This document shows, piece after piece, positions 42,701 to 55,521 of a stretch of 64,000 nt of DNA. The stretch is from the human T2T-CHM13v2.0 reference genome, Homo sapiens. The notes under the pieces are model-generated. The model was not told the origin of the DNA and did no database searches. It saw only the letters and a program-made list of their open reading frames with translations. Position numbers and translations under genes: made by a program. Each line of letters opens with the position of its first letter. Position 1 is the stretch's first letter. The stretch lies in NCBI RefSeq assembly GCF_009914755.1, contig NC_060939.1; one strand, 5' to 3'.

Positions 42701-44284
42701 AGCTACTAAGAATTTCTACCTTTCTGTTTCACCCCTTGTGTAGAAGAGGCATAAGAACTGAAGGTCATGGGGCAAGTCACTGTCAAAACTTTGATATTTT
42801 TACATTCTTTTTGTCTACCACCCCTGTGCTTTCTCATTCATCTTCACCAAGCTATGTCAATGGAATATGCATTGTATCTGTAGTGCACAGATGACAATTT
42901 AAATGAGTATTTGGGAGTAGTATTTTGCTATAGAATCATGACGACACCACTTCTTCAATTAAATTGCAAAGCATTCAGGAACTTAAAGTAAATGACTCTC
43001 TAGATCACTCATGGGGATAAATTTAGAGCCCCAAAGAGAAAGCAAAATATCTGGTTTGTGCACATGCATATGGCCCGTAGAGGGTAGGGAGAGCATAGTG
43101 TGGGGAGGAAGAGAGCTGCTCATGGTGAAACGCAGGGCCCAACAGCAGGCCCTGGTCTTAGGTGCTGCCAGGTTCATTCCAACTGCTCACAGTGTGGATT
43201 TCAAATATAATCCAAACAGAAGTGACAAAATCCAAAACCACAGGAGCAAGCACTGGCTTTCAAGTGCTGTGGGAACAGAGACATTTGTTTAAGTAACCAC
43301 TGTTTTAAAATTGCATACATGGTAACACCAAAATAAACAGCTTGCGATGCTGTTTATTTTAAGATACACAATAGTAATGTAAAGTGTGGCATGCCCCAGA
43401 TCCGGGGAGCTCGAACATAATTTACAGTTGTAGAGAGCCCTACGAGGACTCAGCTACACGCCAGGACTGTCTACTTCCTGATTAGATAACAGCGAAGGTC
43501 AGAAGGCATTGCTTTTTGTGCAGCAAAGAGCCAACAAGCCACCACAAAGACCCTGCTCCTCCTGCTCGCTGTGAATTATGAATCGGGTCCTGTGGAGAGC
43601 GGGGTTTGCCAAGTCTCCTCTACAAAGCGTGTATTAATCACAGGTCCTGAGGAGGGGTCAAGAGCACAGTCTGACAAACCGGGAAATGAGTCTCGTCTGC
43701 TGACCTCGCTTCCCTCAGTCCTTACCCTCCCTGATCTAAAACCCAACCAAAGAAGGAAAAGAAAGAGAGGAAAAAAATCCTGAAAATACACAAGCTGGTT
43801 GGGCGCCGAAGCATATGTAAAACTGAACTCTAAGGAAAAGCAGCTAGATCAAACAAACCTTACACATAATCAAAATAAGAACTCAATTTGTGGCTTATTT
43901 TAGCCAACCGAATAGTCCTCCCCACGCCTTCTTTGCTCCTCTTTCCTGCCTCCATCCAGGTGCTTTGAGGAAACATTTGAGGGATCTTTATCTCAGGTTC
44001 TCTACTCCAAGATAAGATAGTATTTTAGAGAGCTTTATTAGTGCCTGGGTCTAGCAAAGACCTGTAATCCTAATGGCATTACTCTTGGCATTCTGGTCTT
44101 TTTTTTTTTTTTTAATCTCACCACAACCTAAATTAACTTGCCTCGTTGCCCTCATCCTCACTGGCTGTGTTATGGGGGAAAAAAAAACCCATAAACCTTT
44201 GAACTTTTCCATACACATAATTCCATATCCTTGATTTTTTTTTAAACTTATGTTTGTCCTAAAATATTGTTAAGCTAAAAACTC

Positions 44285-44589
44285 TGCTCTGAACTGAATT
44301 AAGTCCTCCCAAATTTTGTGTGTTGAAACCCCAGCCTCCATATGATACCTATTTGGAGATAGGGCTTTTAGGAGGTAATTAAGGTTAAATGAAGTCAGAG
44401 GAAATGTTATGCAGGGACAGGGAGAAGGTGGCTGTCTGCAAACCAGGAGAGAGCCCTCACCCAACAATAACCCTGCTGCACCTGGCTCTTGGACTTTCCA
44501 GCCTCCAGAACTGTGAGAAAATAAATGTCTGTTGTTTAAGCCACCCAGGCTATGGTATTTTGTTATGGCAGCCCTAGCTAACTAATATA
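44285..44589 (+). mobile_element. MLT1B-like solo LTR, internally deleted
   Basis: TATTTGGAGATAGGGCTTTTAGGAGGTAATTAAGGTTAAATGA...CCAGAACTGTGAGAAAATAAATGTCTG...GCAGCCCTAGCTAACTAATA. Confidence 0.88.
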
Positions 44590-45757
44590 CTCTTCTACTA
44601 AAATTATTCATTTTTCCTCCTTACCAGTACCTCTGGAATTAAGGACAAGAAACTAGACTGTTCTCTCTTCCCTTTCTTCCCTTATTGCCTGCTCCCAGCC
44701 CCTACCTAAGACTTTCCAGCCACTTTTCTCATGAAGCTCACAGCATTTGCTTTCTTTCCTCTTCACAGTTGTTGAGAGAAGAATGTTGACTTTTAAGCCA
44801 CTCCCTCTTTCCCCTACGACTTATGTACATGCTAGAAAGTTCTCCATCCCATGGCTTGCCCCTACTTTTGAAAACTCCAATATGTATGACAAAGGCCTGT
44901 CTAATATCTTGCCTGTCTCATTTCCAATGTTATCCATCTCTACTTTATCAGCAGAAAATTCATCAAACAGAGATGTTGCACCTCCAAGATTACAAACCTA
45001 AAAATGTTCTTTCTCTGCTTCTCTGTTTCTCTCTCTTATTCTGCACCTGGACTTGCAACCCCTTGGTGGGTTTCCAGTGTTCCCAGTGTGTTACCACACT
45101 TTATTTCTCCCCCTTAGCCAACATGGTTCTTTATTAAAATAAAATTTATTATTCTGTATTATCAATGCAATACACATTACATAGAAACTTTCTAATATAA
45201 AAAGTAAAAATGTCACCTAGATCTCCCTACCCAAGGATAATCATTCATATGTTCTGTGCATATGTCCATATATATTTTCTCTAATAAAATTAAAATTATA
45301 TCATAAATACTGCCTTACCCGGTTTACTTTGCCTAGCAACACATAGAGATTTCCCCTTATCTCAAAATACTTTTGGAATATAATTTTTAATGGTTACACA
45401 GTAGTCCATAACGCTCCATAACATTCCATATCTCCTACATTTGAGAATATAGGTGACTTTCAATTTTTTATTATAATAAATATCTTTATACATAATTTTG
45501 CATAATTTTTGTGTACTTTTAGAATTATTTCTTCATGACAAACTCCTAGAAATGGAATTACTAGATCAAAGAAGAGAAAATTTTTAGTTGTTTTCTTTTT
45601 TTAACACATATTACTAGTTTATATTCCAGAAAGACCATGTCAACTTTTATAGTCATTATTAAGTTAGATATTTCCTTCTACCCTGGACAGTGCCAGATAT
45701 TATAATTTTTTATTCTCAGTTTCCACCAAATAAAAATCTCTTGTTGTTGATTTTTAA

Positions 45758-45988
<231 letters not shown>

Positions 45989-46066
45989 TAAATGCTTACC
46001 AGTCATTTGTATTTCAGCTTTTGTGAATGGACCTATTCATCTTTTGACTTTTTATTCACTTCATTG

Positions 46067-46378
46067 TTTTTTCTTTTTTTTGAGACAGAGTCTTGCTCTG
46101 TCGCCCAGGTTGGAGTGCAGTGGCGCAAGCTCAGCTCACTGCAACCTCGTCTCCCAGGAGGGAGCAATTCAAGCAATTCAAGCAATTCTCCTGCCTCAGC
46201 CTCCCGAGTAGCTGGGACTACAGGCGCCTGCCAGAACACCCGGCTAATTTTTGTATTTTTAGTAGAGACGGGGTTTCACCATCTTGGCCAGGCTGGTCTT
46301 GAACTCTTGACCTCGTGATACACCCTCCTCGGCCTCCCAAAGTGCTGGGATTACAGGCGTGGTCCACTGTGCCCAGCC
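46067..46378 (-). mobile_element. AluS-like with an internal micro-triplication
   Basis: Reverse Alu with AGCAATTC(A) repeated three times at 46163-46188. Confidence 0.92.
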
Positions 46379-47336
46379 TGCTTCAATTTTTTTCTTACTG
46401 ATTTGTACAATGCTTTATTTATTAGGGACACTAATCCTTTGCCTGTTATATAATGTTACATATTTTTGCTAGTTTAGTGTTTTTCTTTATTTTGTATATG
46501 CTGTTTTCTTGGCATTCAAAAGCTCTTAATTTTCAAATGTATGTAATTTAATCTATCACAGTTTTTCTTTATAATTCCTTTGCTTTTACTCTCAAAACAT
46601 TTCATTAAACGAAGGAAAGAGAAATAGTCATGTCTACTTCAAAAAACTCTTAAATGTATATTTTGATGAAGACTACTGATGATTTTTTTCTCAACTGACT
46701 TGAAGTGATGCCTTTAAAATTAGTAAATTTCTTTCTATATTTGGGTTGATTTGTGAATTCCTATTTTGTTCAAATGATCATTGTGCCTATTGTGTCAGCC
46801 AGTGCCACGTCATGTAGCTTTATGATACATTTTAGTAATTCTCAGTGCACAAGCTCCCTCATTTTTCTTTTCCAAAAATATCTTGACTTTTCTTAGTTGT
46901 TTTATTATTCACATGAACTGTAGGATTATTTTTCTGTCCCAGGAAAGATTATCTCATTGGAATTCTTACTTACTGGTCTGTCATTTCAAAAACTGCTCTA
47001 ACATCTTCCCTCTCCTCCCCTTGTTGATCTCACCCTTAGGTTTTTCCTGTTGTCTGCTTTAGTCCCTCTTGCTCTTTGGTGCTGAGACTGCCTGAGAAAG
47101 GATGAGATGATGTGGAGAGAGTCCATTCAGCCCGGCCCTTTTTGCTCCAAGTCTGCATTTCCGTGCCTTCCTAATTCACTCTCCATCACCCTCGCCACAG
47201 TTCCTAGTCATAAGTGAAGAGAAGCTTTTTCCTGACCTCCCTCAGCTTTCTTGCTATCTTTACAAAATGTTTGTTTCTTAGTACCTTCCCAGGTGTGCTT
47301 TGGTCCCCATCTTCACTGGCCTCCTTTTCTCTCTCT

Positions 47337-47620
47337 TTTTTTTTTTTTTTTTTTTTGATGGAGTTTTGTTTTGTTGCCCAGGCTGGAGTGCAGTGGCACT
47401 CAGCTCACTGCAACCTCCGCCCCCAGGGTTCAAGCAATTCTCCGGCCTCAGCCTCCCGATTAGCTGGGATTATAGGCACCCAGCTAATTTTTGTATTTTT
47501 AGTAGAGATGGAGTTTCACTATGTTGGCCAGGTTGGTCTTGAACTCCTGATGTCAGGTGATCCACCCGCCTCGGCCTCCCAAAGTGCTGGGATTACAGGT
47601 GTGAGCCACTGCGCCTGTCC
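47337..47620 (-). mobile_element. AluSx-like
   Basis: Poly(T) followed by TCAGGTGATCCACCCGCCTCGGCC. Confidence 0.92.
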
Positions 47621-48639
47621 TGTCCTTGATCTTTCTACAGAATCCACTTCCTCTACTTTGAAACTCCTTTCCTCTTCACATGATCTGATTATGCTCCTAC
47701 TGGTCTGATGTCTTTATCTCTGCTCACTACTTTCTTTCTCCACCTCTTCACATATAGTCTTCAAAAAGACTCAAACCCCGTTCTCTCTCTGCACTGTCTC
47801 TTATTTTAACCTTTATTCAGTGCCATGGTTTCAAGTATTACCTCTACAAAGATTAGCTCCAACTCTCAAACTATAGTGCCACCATTTTCAGCTTCCACAG
47901 AAGTTCATCCACCTGGATATCTGGCTGGTGCGTCTAAACCTAAGGCCTCTATATACCTTTAGAAGCTTTCCTCACTCTTCTCCCATTCATATTCTGTGCT
48001 TTCGTCTAACTGAGCTGTAACATCTGAAATCTCTGTATGTAGAATCAAAGAAAGCCTGATTAAGCATCCAGATTGAAACTGTCTTCAGGGGAAAAATAAA
48101 ATTCCACTTATCACTTGCTGCAATGAGACAATTCTGTCTAGTACCAGACTTTGCCTTCCTTGGAATGGGCCTATGAGATCGCCATTTAGAGATGTAAAAC
48201 AATTCTTCTCCACCAGCTTGACCAGGATGAAAAATGGCATGCTGATGGACAGTTAATTCTCAGGATGAAGAGTTTAGGAACAAAGAACAAAGATGCCCAA
48301 AGCCCCAACCAGCTTGCTCCAAAGCTGTAATAACACAAGTGACAATACGTTTATTGTGAAGTTAGTTTGCAGTCTTCCAGTTCTTTCTCTTAAGTTTGAG
48401 TGTACAAATTCCAAAAGTTACTTTGACTCATGCTGCCACATATGAATGGTCTGTCAGGTCTTTTGCCTTTCTCTTGCACATGTGCTATGTGTAGGATTTG
48501 ATCCCCATTCCAGACTTAGGGCAAAAGAAACAAGTGCAATACTTGTCTTTGAAGAGTGTGTCACTCACATCCAAGTTCAGGTTTCATGGAGCTATGACAG
48601 AGCAAACTATTTCAATGGATTATATGAAAACATTAATAG

Positions 48640-48830
48640 ACACCAGTTTACACTTGCACAGTATTTTGTCCTTCTCAGAAGGCTATTTCTAATCTTAGCT
48701 AACCCTCAAAACAATGAGGTAAGAAAACGAGCACTCAGATAAATTAAATAACTTGCTCAAAATAATCCAGGGAGCAAAAGGCTGTGCTAAGACTAGGACA
48801 CTGGTCAAATCTTAATTTGGTCCTAACTCC
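48640..48830 (-). mobile_element. MIR/MIR3 relic
   Basis: TTACACTTGCACAGT...CCCTCAAAACAATGAGGTAAG...GCACTCAGATAAATTAAATAACTTGCTCAA. Confidence 0.55.
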
Positions 48831-51182
48831 ACTGCTTCTGGTATATATATAACCTTATACATGGTAGAGATTTCTTTCACCGTGCCCTGAAATGTTTGCT
48901 TTTATCAACACAAAGAGTTAACAGATTGTCCTCACTATCTAAAGGTAGGAAAGTCACTTTTTTTTTTAAATGAATTACAGACATTTCTATTGTCTGCTCC
49001 AACCACAGAGGTCCAACCATAGAGTCATGAGAATTTAAGCATACCTCTTTTTATGTAACTGATTATATATACATTTTAAATAAGCATGGGGGTATTTGGA
49101 ATAGCCATGGACAAACGGGTACAAGTACATAAGGACCAAAGAGCATGAAATCATTTTTCTGTCAAACTTGCTCTGCAAAAAAAAAAAAAAAATCAAAAAT
49201 TTTAGAGGATTTCCAGACTGACAACAAAGGTCATATTAAAAACTAATGCCTTTTCACACGATCATATTTAATTACATTTAAGTGTTTTACTAGAAAACAT
49301 AAAACCTTCAGGTCTAAGCTCTAAGAGGGGTTTTTATCAAAGTGCCATCAGGTAATCCATGAGATTTTGCTACACAGTTCTAAATTTATGGCTTCACAGA
49401 AACTAACAGAAAAACTGAGCCTATAATTGAATAATAATGACCCCATGTTCCCATGTTCTCTTACTACTTTAAAAAAAAAATCACTGTGAGGAAGGGTTTA
49501 AAACAAGTATAGCAACTCATGAGCTGCCTGCAGGTATCTTGAAACACTGAAATAGAACCTATAACTTTTCACCATGGGGAAAAAAAATAAGGTTGCTTTT
49601 AAAGAGAGTCCCAATGTGTCACCAAATCTACAGGGAATAATCTAGCATTCATCTTTTCTATTGATAAAAGCCTTTTTCTTTTTAAAAGACTAGTGTAGCA
49701 CCACCCCGGTACACTTGGGTTGTTTTTTGTCAGCGTACGATGGGATCACACCATGTATTCTGGGTAAGAAAAAAGCCATTTTCCAATTCTAGTGTGGCCT
49801 GAGTCATGGGAATATACTTTTCCAAATTATTATAGAATTGCCAAATATTTCCAAGACAAAATTAATTCTGGAATATTTGTGATTGCAGGAGAATGATGCA
49901 AGAAGTCAAATAAAATCTAGACAGTTATATTATAATGTGATAACAGAGGTATTTAAATTAACAGCAGCAACAAGATTTGATGCTGGGATTAACAAGAGGA
50001 GATCTTCATTATCTGGCTATGTCAGGCAAACCAGATATCAGCAGATTTGGCGGGGGGAGAGTGGTGGCTGGAAGGAAACTAATTAGTGGCCCATGTTAAT
50101 TTTCTATAATGCTCAGAATAACTAGATAATAATATTCTCTTCATTTCTTGTCATCGCAGAATCCCATGACAATATCTCTTGAGTTGTAATTTTTGTGTGT
50201 GTGGACAATCAAGTCAGATTCAACAAATATTCATGTTATCTATTATAACCAAGAAGTAAAACTATAGTTTAAGAAAAATTATCTGCCATTATATTGTGAC
50301 TTGACAACTTATCCACTATTAGATAAAAACAACTTAAATTTGTTCTGGCAGATTTGGGACTTGGCAGTTCAGAATATGAATAGCAAATGTAAAAGCATGA
50401 AAATGGCATTACTATTATGTTTTAAGAGGATAATACACCTTTAAAGGGTGCCAGTGATTATTCTGCATACTGTAAACAACTGCTGCCAATCAATTTAGAA
50501 AGTGGCACACAGCACCTAAATGTAATAAGGCAAACTCCATTCAACCACCCTAATGCTTCCTACCTAAGTCACTATTTCTTAACAGGAGAAATGGGGCTGG
50601 ATATCATCTTTACACTTCATAATCTGTTCCAAATTGCAAAAACAGACTACAGCATGGAGAAGGCAGGACATTTCCAGGAGTCCTCTGAAATCTGTGCAGT
50701 AACACTTTCTAAAATCGAAATTAGTCTTGAATGTTAGGGTCACTTTATGACCCTATCCTGCAGCAAAGCTGAGGGACAGTCAGTATTCTCATAACCCAGT
50801 CAACTTACCCTGTAATTCCCAATCACTCCACTTCTCCATGGAATACACTTGCAAACTGTGGTCATGTGGAACGAAGAAATGGAAATTTTCCCTATGATCT
50901 GAATGAATATTCAGGGATTTCACTAAATAGCATTTAATGGCACTCTATTCTTGGAGTTTTTAAATAGCTGAATATTCAATATGCACATGCCTTCTATGTT
51001 CCTTTATTCAAGGGTCCTCAATTCCCCATCTCCTTGAATTCTTTAACATATTTTTAAACAATTATACTTCGAGTGATATTTTATGAAATTGGGTGCTAAA
51101 CTTTGAGCTAATAATTATTTTGGTTTCTTTTTGATGGTAATTTAATAAGCCTTTCATTCTTCAATCTTTTCATTCAATTCCT

Positions 51183-51515
51183 TTTTTTTTTAAGTAGACT
51201 TTATTTTTTTAGATCAGTTTTAGGTTCCTCAAAGCAAAACTGAGAGGAAGGTACAGAGATTTCCCATAAATCCCTGGCCCCACACATGTATAGCCTCCCC
51301 ATTATCAACACCCCCTACCGGAGTAGCACATTTGTCACAACTGATGAACCTACATTGACACATCATAATCACCCAGAGTCCATACTTTCCATTAGGGATC
51401 ACTCTTGGTGTTGTACATTCTATGGGTTTGGACAAATGTATAATGACACGTATCCACCATTGTAGTATCATCCAGAGCAGTTTGGCTGCCCTAAAAACTC
51501 TGTGTTCTGCCTATC
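51183..51515 (-). mobile_element. L1MC 3'-end fragment
   Basis: GACTTTATTTTTTAGATCAGTTTTAGGTTC...GAAGGTACAGAGATTTCCCATA...GATGAACCTACATTGACACATCAT. Confidence 0.85.
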
Positions 51516-53099
51516 AATTACCTATTTTTAAAATGTATCTGCCAGTTAGTAGCTCATAATCTGGGAGGTAAGTTTCTCAGTCTATCTGAGGTGAACCTCT
51601 TTTTAAACAGGATTGTCTGATGTAATTTGAAATATCTTGAAACGTCTTAAAATGTTTTTGCATTGAGGAGACTATGCATTTCATTACCCCCATGAAAAGC
51701 CATTGCACCACCACTGTACTGGCAACTTTACCACAATGTCACTCAGAACCATGTGAACAAAGGCTGCTGAATCCCAAACACATCAGTCTTTCCATGCAGA
51801 AGCCCTCATAATCCAATTCAAAACACCAAATTGGGACTACAAGTAAAAGGTTATGACATAGCAATATGCAATTTTTCCCCCTCAAGAGAGACAAAGTAAA
51901 TTCAGTTGCAATTTTCTCTCTTCTAGAGGAGCTTCTAGGATCCAACACGACATTAAATTTTTGGCCTGTCTCTTTAATTTGAGAAATTGTAAAAACGACA
52001 ACAGATGGCACACAGAATTGACTTATGTCCTCTATTCTTTACTGAAGAAGGGAGTGAAGAGAAACTTTGATAAAGGCAGAAGCTACAGTATGCAGGTCAC
52101 TATTAAAATTATCTGGTGGCTCTTTGGACAGCTAGCATCAGAACACTCAGGCTTTCATTTTTAGACATTCTTTAAAACTAACCAATACTGTTGCAGGTTG
52201 CCACTGCTGATCACAGCCCCAGCACTCAGCACCCTCCCATCCCAATAAGGACATGACGGATGTGCCATTAGCTCTGAACCTCAGCAACCTCTGAAATTAC
52301 CCTTCTGCCCACCCCTATCTCCCATCCCCACCCCTCAAAATCATTATGAAATAGGAAGAACACTCAAGCTTACAGTTAATTGGAAACATTGCAAAAGAAG
52401 AGGAATGCTTAGGACAGCATGTCCACGGGAAAATAAATCACCCAGCATTGTAATTTAATGCATTGTGACATCATTTCCTGAAATTAAACAGAGATGACAC
52501 CAGTTCAGACGATCTCTAGTATAAGATTCCATTCAAATAATTCACAGATGTTTTCTCCTGGCAAGCAGGAAAACAATGCAAAGGCTAAGGCTAGGGGCGG
52601 CCCCACTATGCTGCATGTTTGTGGGAAGCTCTCTCTGCTGGTACTTTCAGCTGTGTGTTCTGCATGTGCATTTCCACATAAGTATTTCTTAGGAGACTCA
52701 CTTGCATGCATGTGAACATTTGCAGCTCTGAATATGAGAAAGACCATCTCTTACTGTATAACTAAGGTCAACATTTCCTATTTGGTATTAATTTGGCTCA
52801 TAGCTATTTGTATTATGTAGACCAGTCTCAGAATCATGAAGGCCCTAATTTCCAAGCAGAAATAACTAATGTCCATGAAATACTGGTTCAATTAACCATT
52901 CAAGATCCTTAAAAGATGTCTAATGATAGAAATTATCACAGTGTCTCCAGGGATACATTTGTGGAAATGGACAAGTGGAGAAATTGGGGGTGCAGGATGA
53001 AAGAGGTGGGTAGCACTACATCTCTAACCCTTGGTGATACATAAGCTCTGAGCGGCTTCAAGCAGCTAGAAAGCCAAGCACACAATCAGAAGACCAGAA

Positions 53100-53255
53100 T
53101 ACCTAACATCTGTGCAGCACGTTACAGTTTACAAATTGACTGCATCATTTGAGCCACACAGCAACCCAATCAGCTAAATAGGGCAGATAACTTTCATTTT
53201 GATGGTAAGAAATAGGTTCAGAGAGGTTGAATAATATCACAGAGTTCACACCTAA
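53100..53255 (-). mobile_element. MIR relic
   Basis: ACATCTGTGCAGCACGTTACAGTTTACAAA...AGGTTCAGAGAGGTTGAATAA. Confidence 0.65.
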
Positions 53256-53304
53256 GGCTTCCAAGTTCACAGCTGGTGATCCCTTTTTTAAAAACCATTA
53301 CCAT

Positions 53305-53450
53305 GGCCAAGTGCTGTGGTTCACACCCATAATCCCAGCACTCTGGGAGGCTGAGGTGGGAAGATCAGTTGAGGCCACGAGTTTGAGACCAGCCTGGGCA
53401 ACACAGCGAGATGCCGTCTCTACAATCAATCAATCAATAAAAAATAATAA
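53305..53450 (+). mobile_element. FLAM (Alu monomer)
   Basis: Single monomer with a (CAAT)n/A tail; AAAAACCAT on both flanks. Confidence 0.85.
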
Positions 53451-53772
53451 AAACCATAACATGCTGTCTTGCAGACAGCCTAGACTTTCACACTCTAAGG
53501 AAGATAGCAACTCTATATTCTGTTCATATCCTGGAAGACAAATGGTGAAAGAGAGCATTCTCTCTCAAAAGTAGCCCCATTGGAGACATTCTGAACTACT
53601 CCATAGCCCATTTCTTCTCCACCTTCCACCCCATCCCTGAAAGTTCACTAGGATGCTCTGGCTTTCATGATACCAGGACTCTCTAATGCTATCACCTAGC
53701 TTCAACAAGCAGCCACCAAATGTTAATATGGATTTCGGAAGGCAGAATGTAGACCATGTTCTCTCCTACTGA

Positions 53773-54362
<590 letters not shown>

Positions 54363-54489
54363 ATATTTGGGATTTGTTTGGCAAAACCTGGTCTCTACAT
54401 CTCTACAATCCCAGGAACAAATGTGGTAACTTTGGATGCCCAGGTCCATTGGTCAAAGCCTTCTGCTAGCCATTTAACTGGATTAAAAT

Positions 54490-54720
54490 AAAAATTATAG
54501 TTACTTTATATATGTACTTATTATAAGAATCAGGCACAGGGCTGAGTACTTTACATTATTTCACTTAATCCTTAAAATAACCTTACCAGGTGGAACTAGA
54601 ATTATTCTTCTTCTGCAGATATGAAAAATGAGGCGCAGAGAGGGTAATGGCTCAAGATCAAAAATCTACTGTGTTGCAGATTCCAGGCCCTGTGCTCTTA
54701 ACCTCGACATTGGACTGCCT
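54490..54720 (-). mobile_element. MIR relic
   Basis: CAGGCACAGGGCTGAGTACTTTACA...TAATCCTTAAAATAACC...GCAGATATGAAAAATGAGGCGCAGAGAGG. Confidence 0.75.
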
Positions 54721-54841
54721 CATTTAAGAAAGAAGCCATCTGGATCTGCACAAGATAAAGATAACTAGTCAAAGGGCAAAATAGTCTAAGTCTCTCTGTT
54801 TCTGTTTCTCTTTCTCCTTCCCTCCCTCTCTCCTCCCTTGC

Positions 54842-54844
<3 letters not shown>

Positions 54845-54877
<33 letters not shown>
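54845..54877. repeat. (TG)n microsatellite
   Basis: About 16 TG units. Confidence 0.95.
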
Positions 54878-54879
<2 letters not shown>

Positions 54880-55242
54880 ATTACAATAACAAATTTAAGA
54901 TGACTAAGTTTACGGTCATATGGTCTTGATGAACTCGGTGGAGAGACAGGTTTCTCTAACATCACATGGAACTGAATATACTTATAACTTGGGTGCACTG
55001 TCTCTGTAGGATGATATCCTTTATAGCACATTTTTATTACCAAACCCAGGCCTTGACAAAATCCCATAAGTCAGATTCTAATAGGCAAGTAGTAAAATGA
55101 GTAAACACCTGAGAGGTGGGCTTCACCCCTCTCCCCAACCCCCAGAGATATGAAGAGGGGACAAAGCATTTTGTCATGAACAAAAGGCAGAGGTTTTAGA
55201 ATCTGTAGTTTCAAGGCAGCTGCATACATAATATTACATCAC

Positions 55243-55244
<2 letters not shown>

Positions 55245-55288
<44 letters not shown>

Positions 55289-55521
55289 TGGGTTTCATTC
55301 CGTTGCTTAGGCTGGAGTACAGTGGTTCCATCCTAGCTCACTGCAGCCTCAAACTCCTGGGCTCAAATGATCTTCCCACCTTGGCCTACTGAGTAGCAGG
55401 GACCACAGGCATGTGTGCACCACACCCGGCTAAATTTTTATTCTTTTGTAGAGATGGGATCTCATTATGTTGCCCAGGCTGGTGTCAAACTCCTAGCCCC
55501 AAGCGATCCTCCCCACTTGGC
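55245..55521 (-). mobile_element. 5'-truncated AluJ whose tail is a (TG)21/(CA)21 microsatellite
   Basis: (TG)21 at 55245-55286 directly abuts the Alu 3' end; TSD TTA(C/T)ATCACTTT at 55234-55245 and 55522-55533. Confidence 0.88.
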
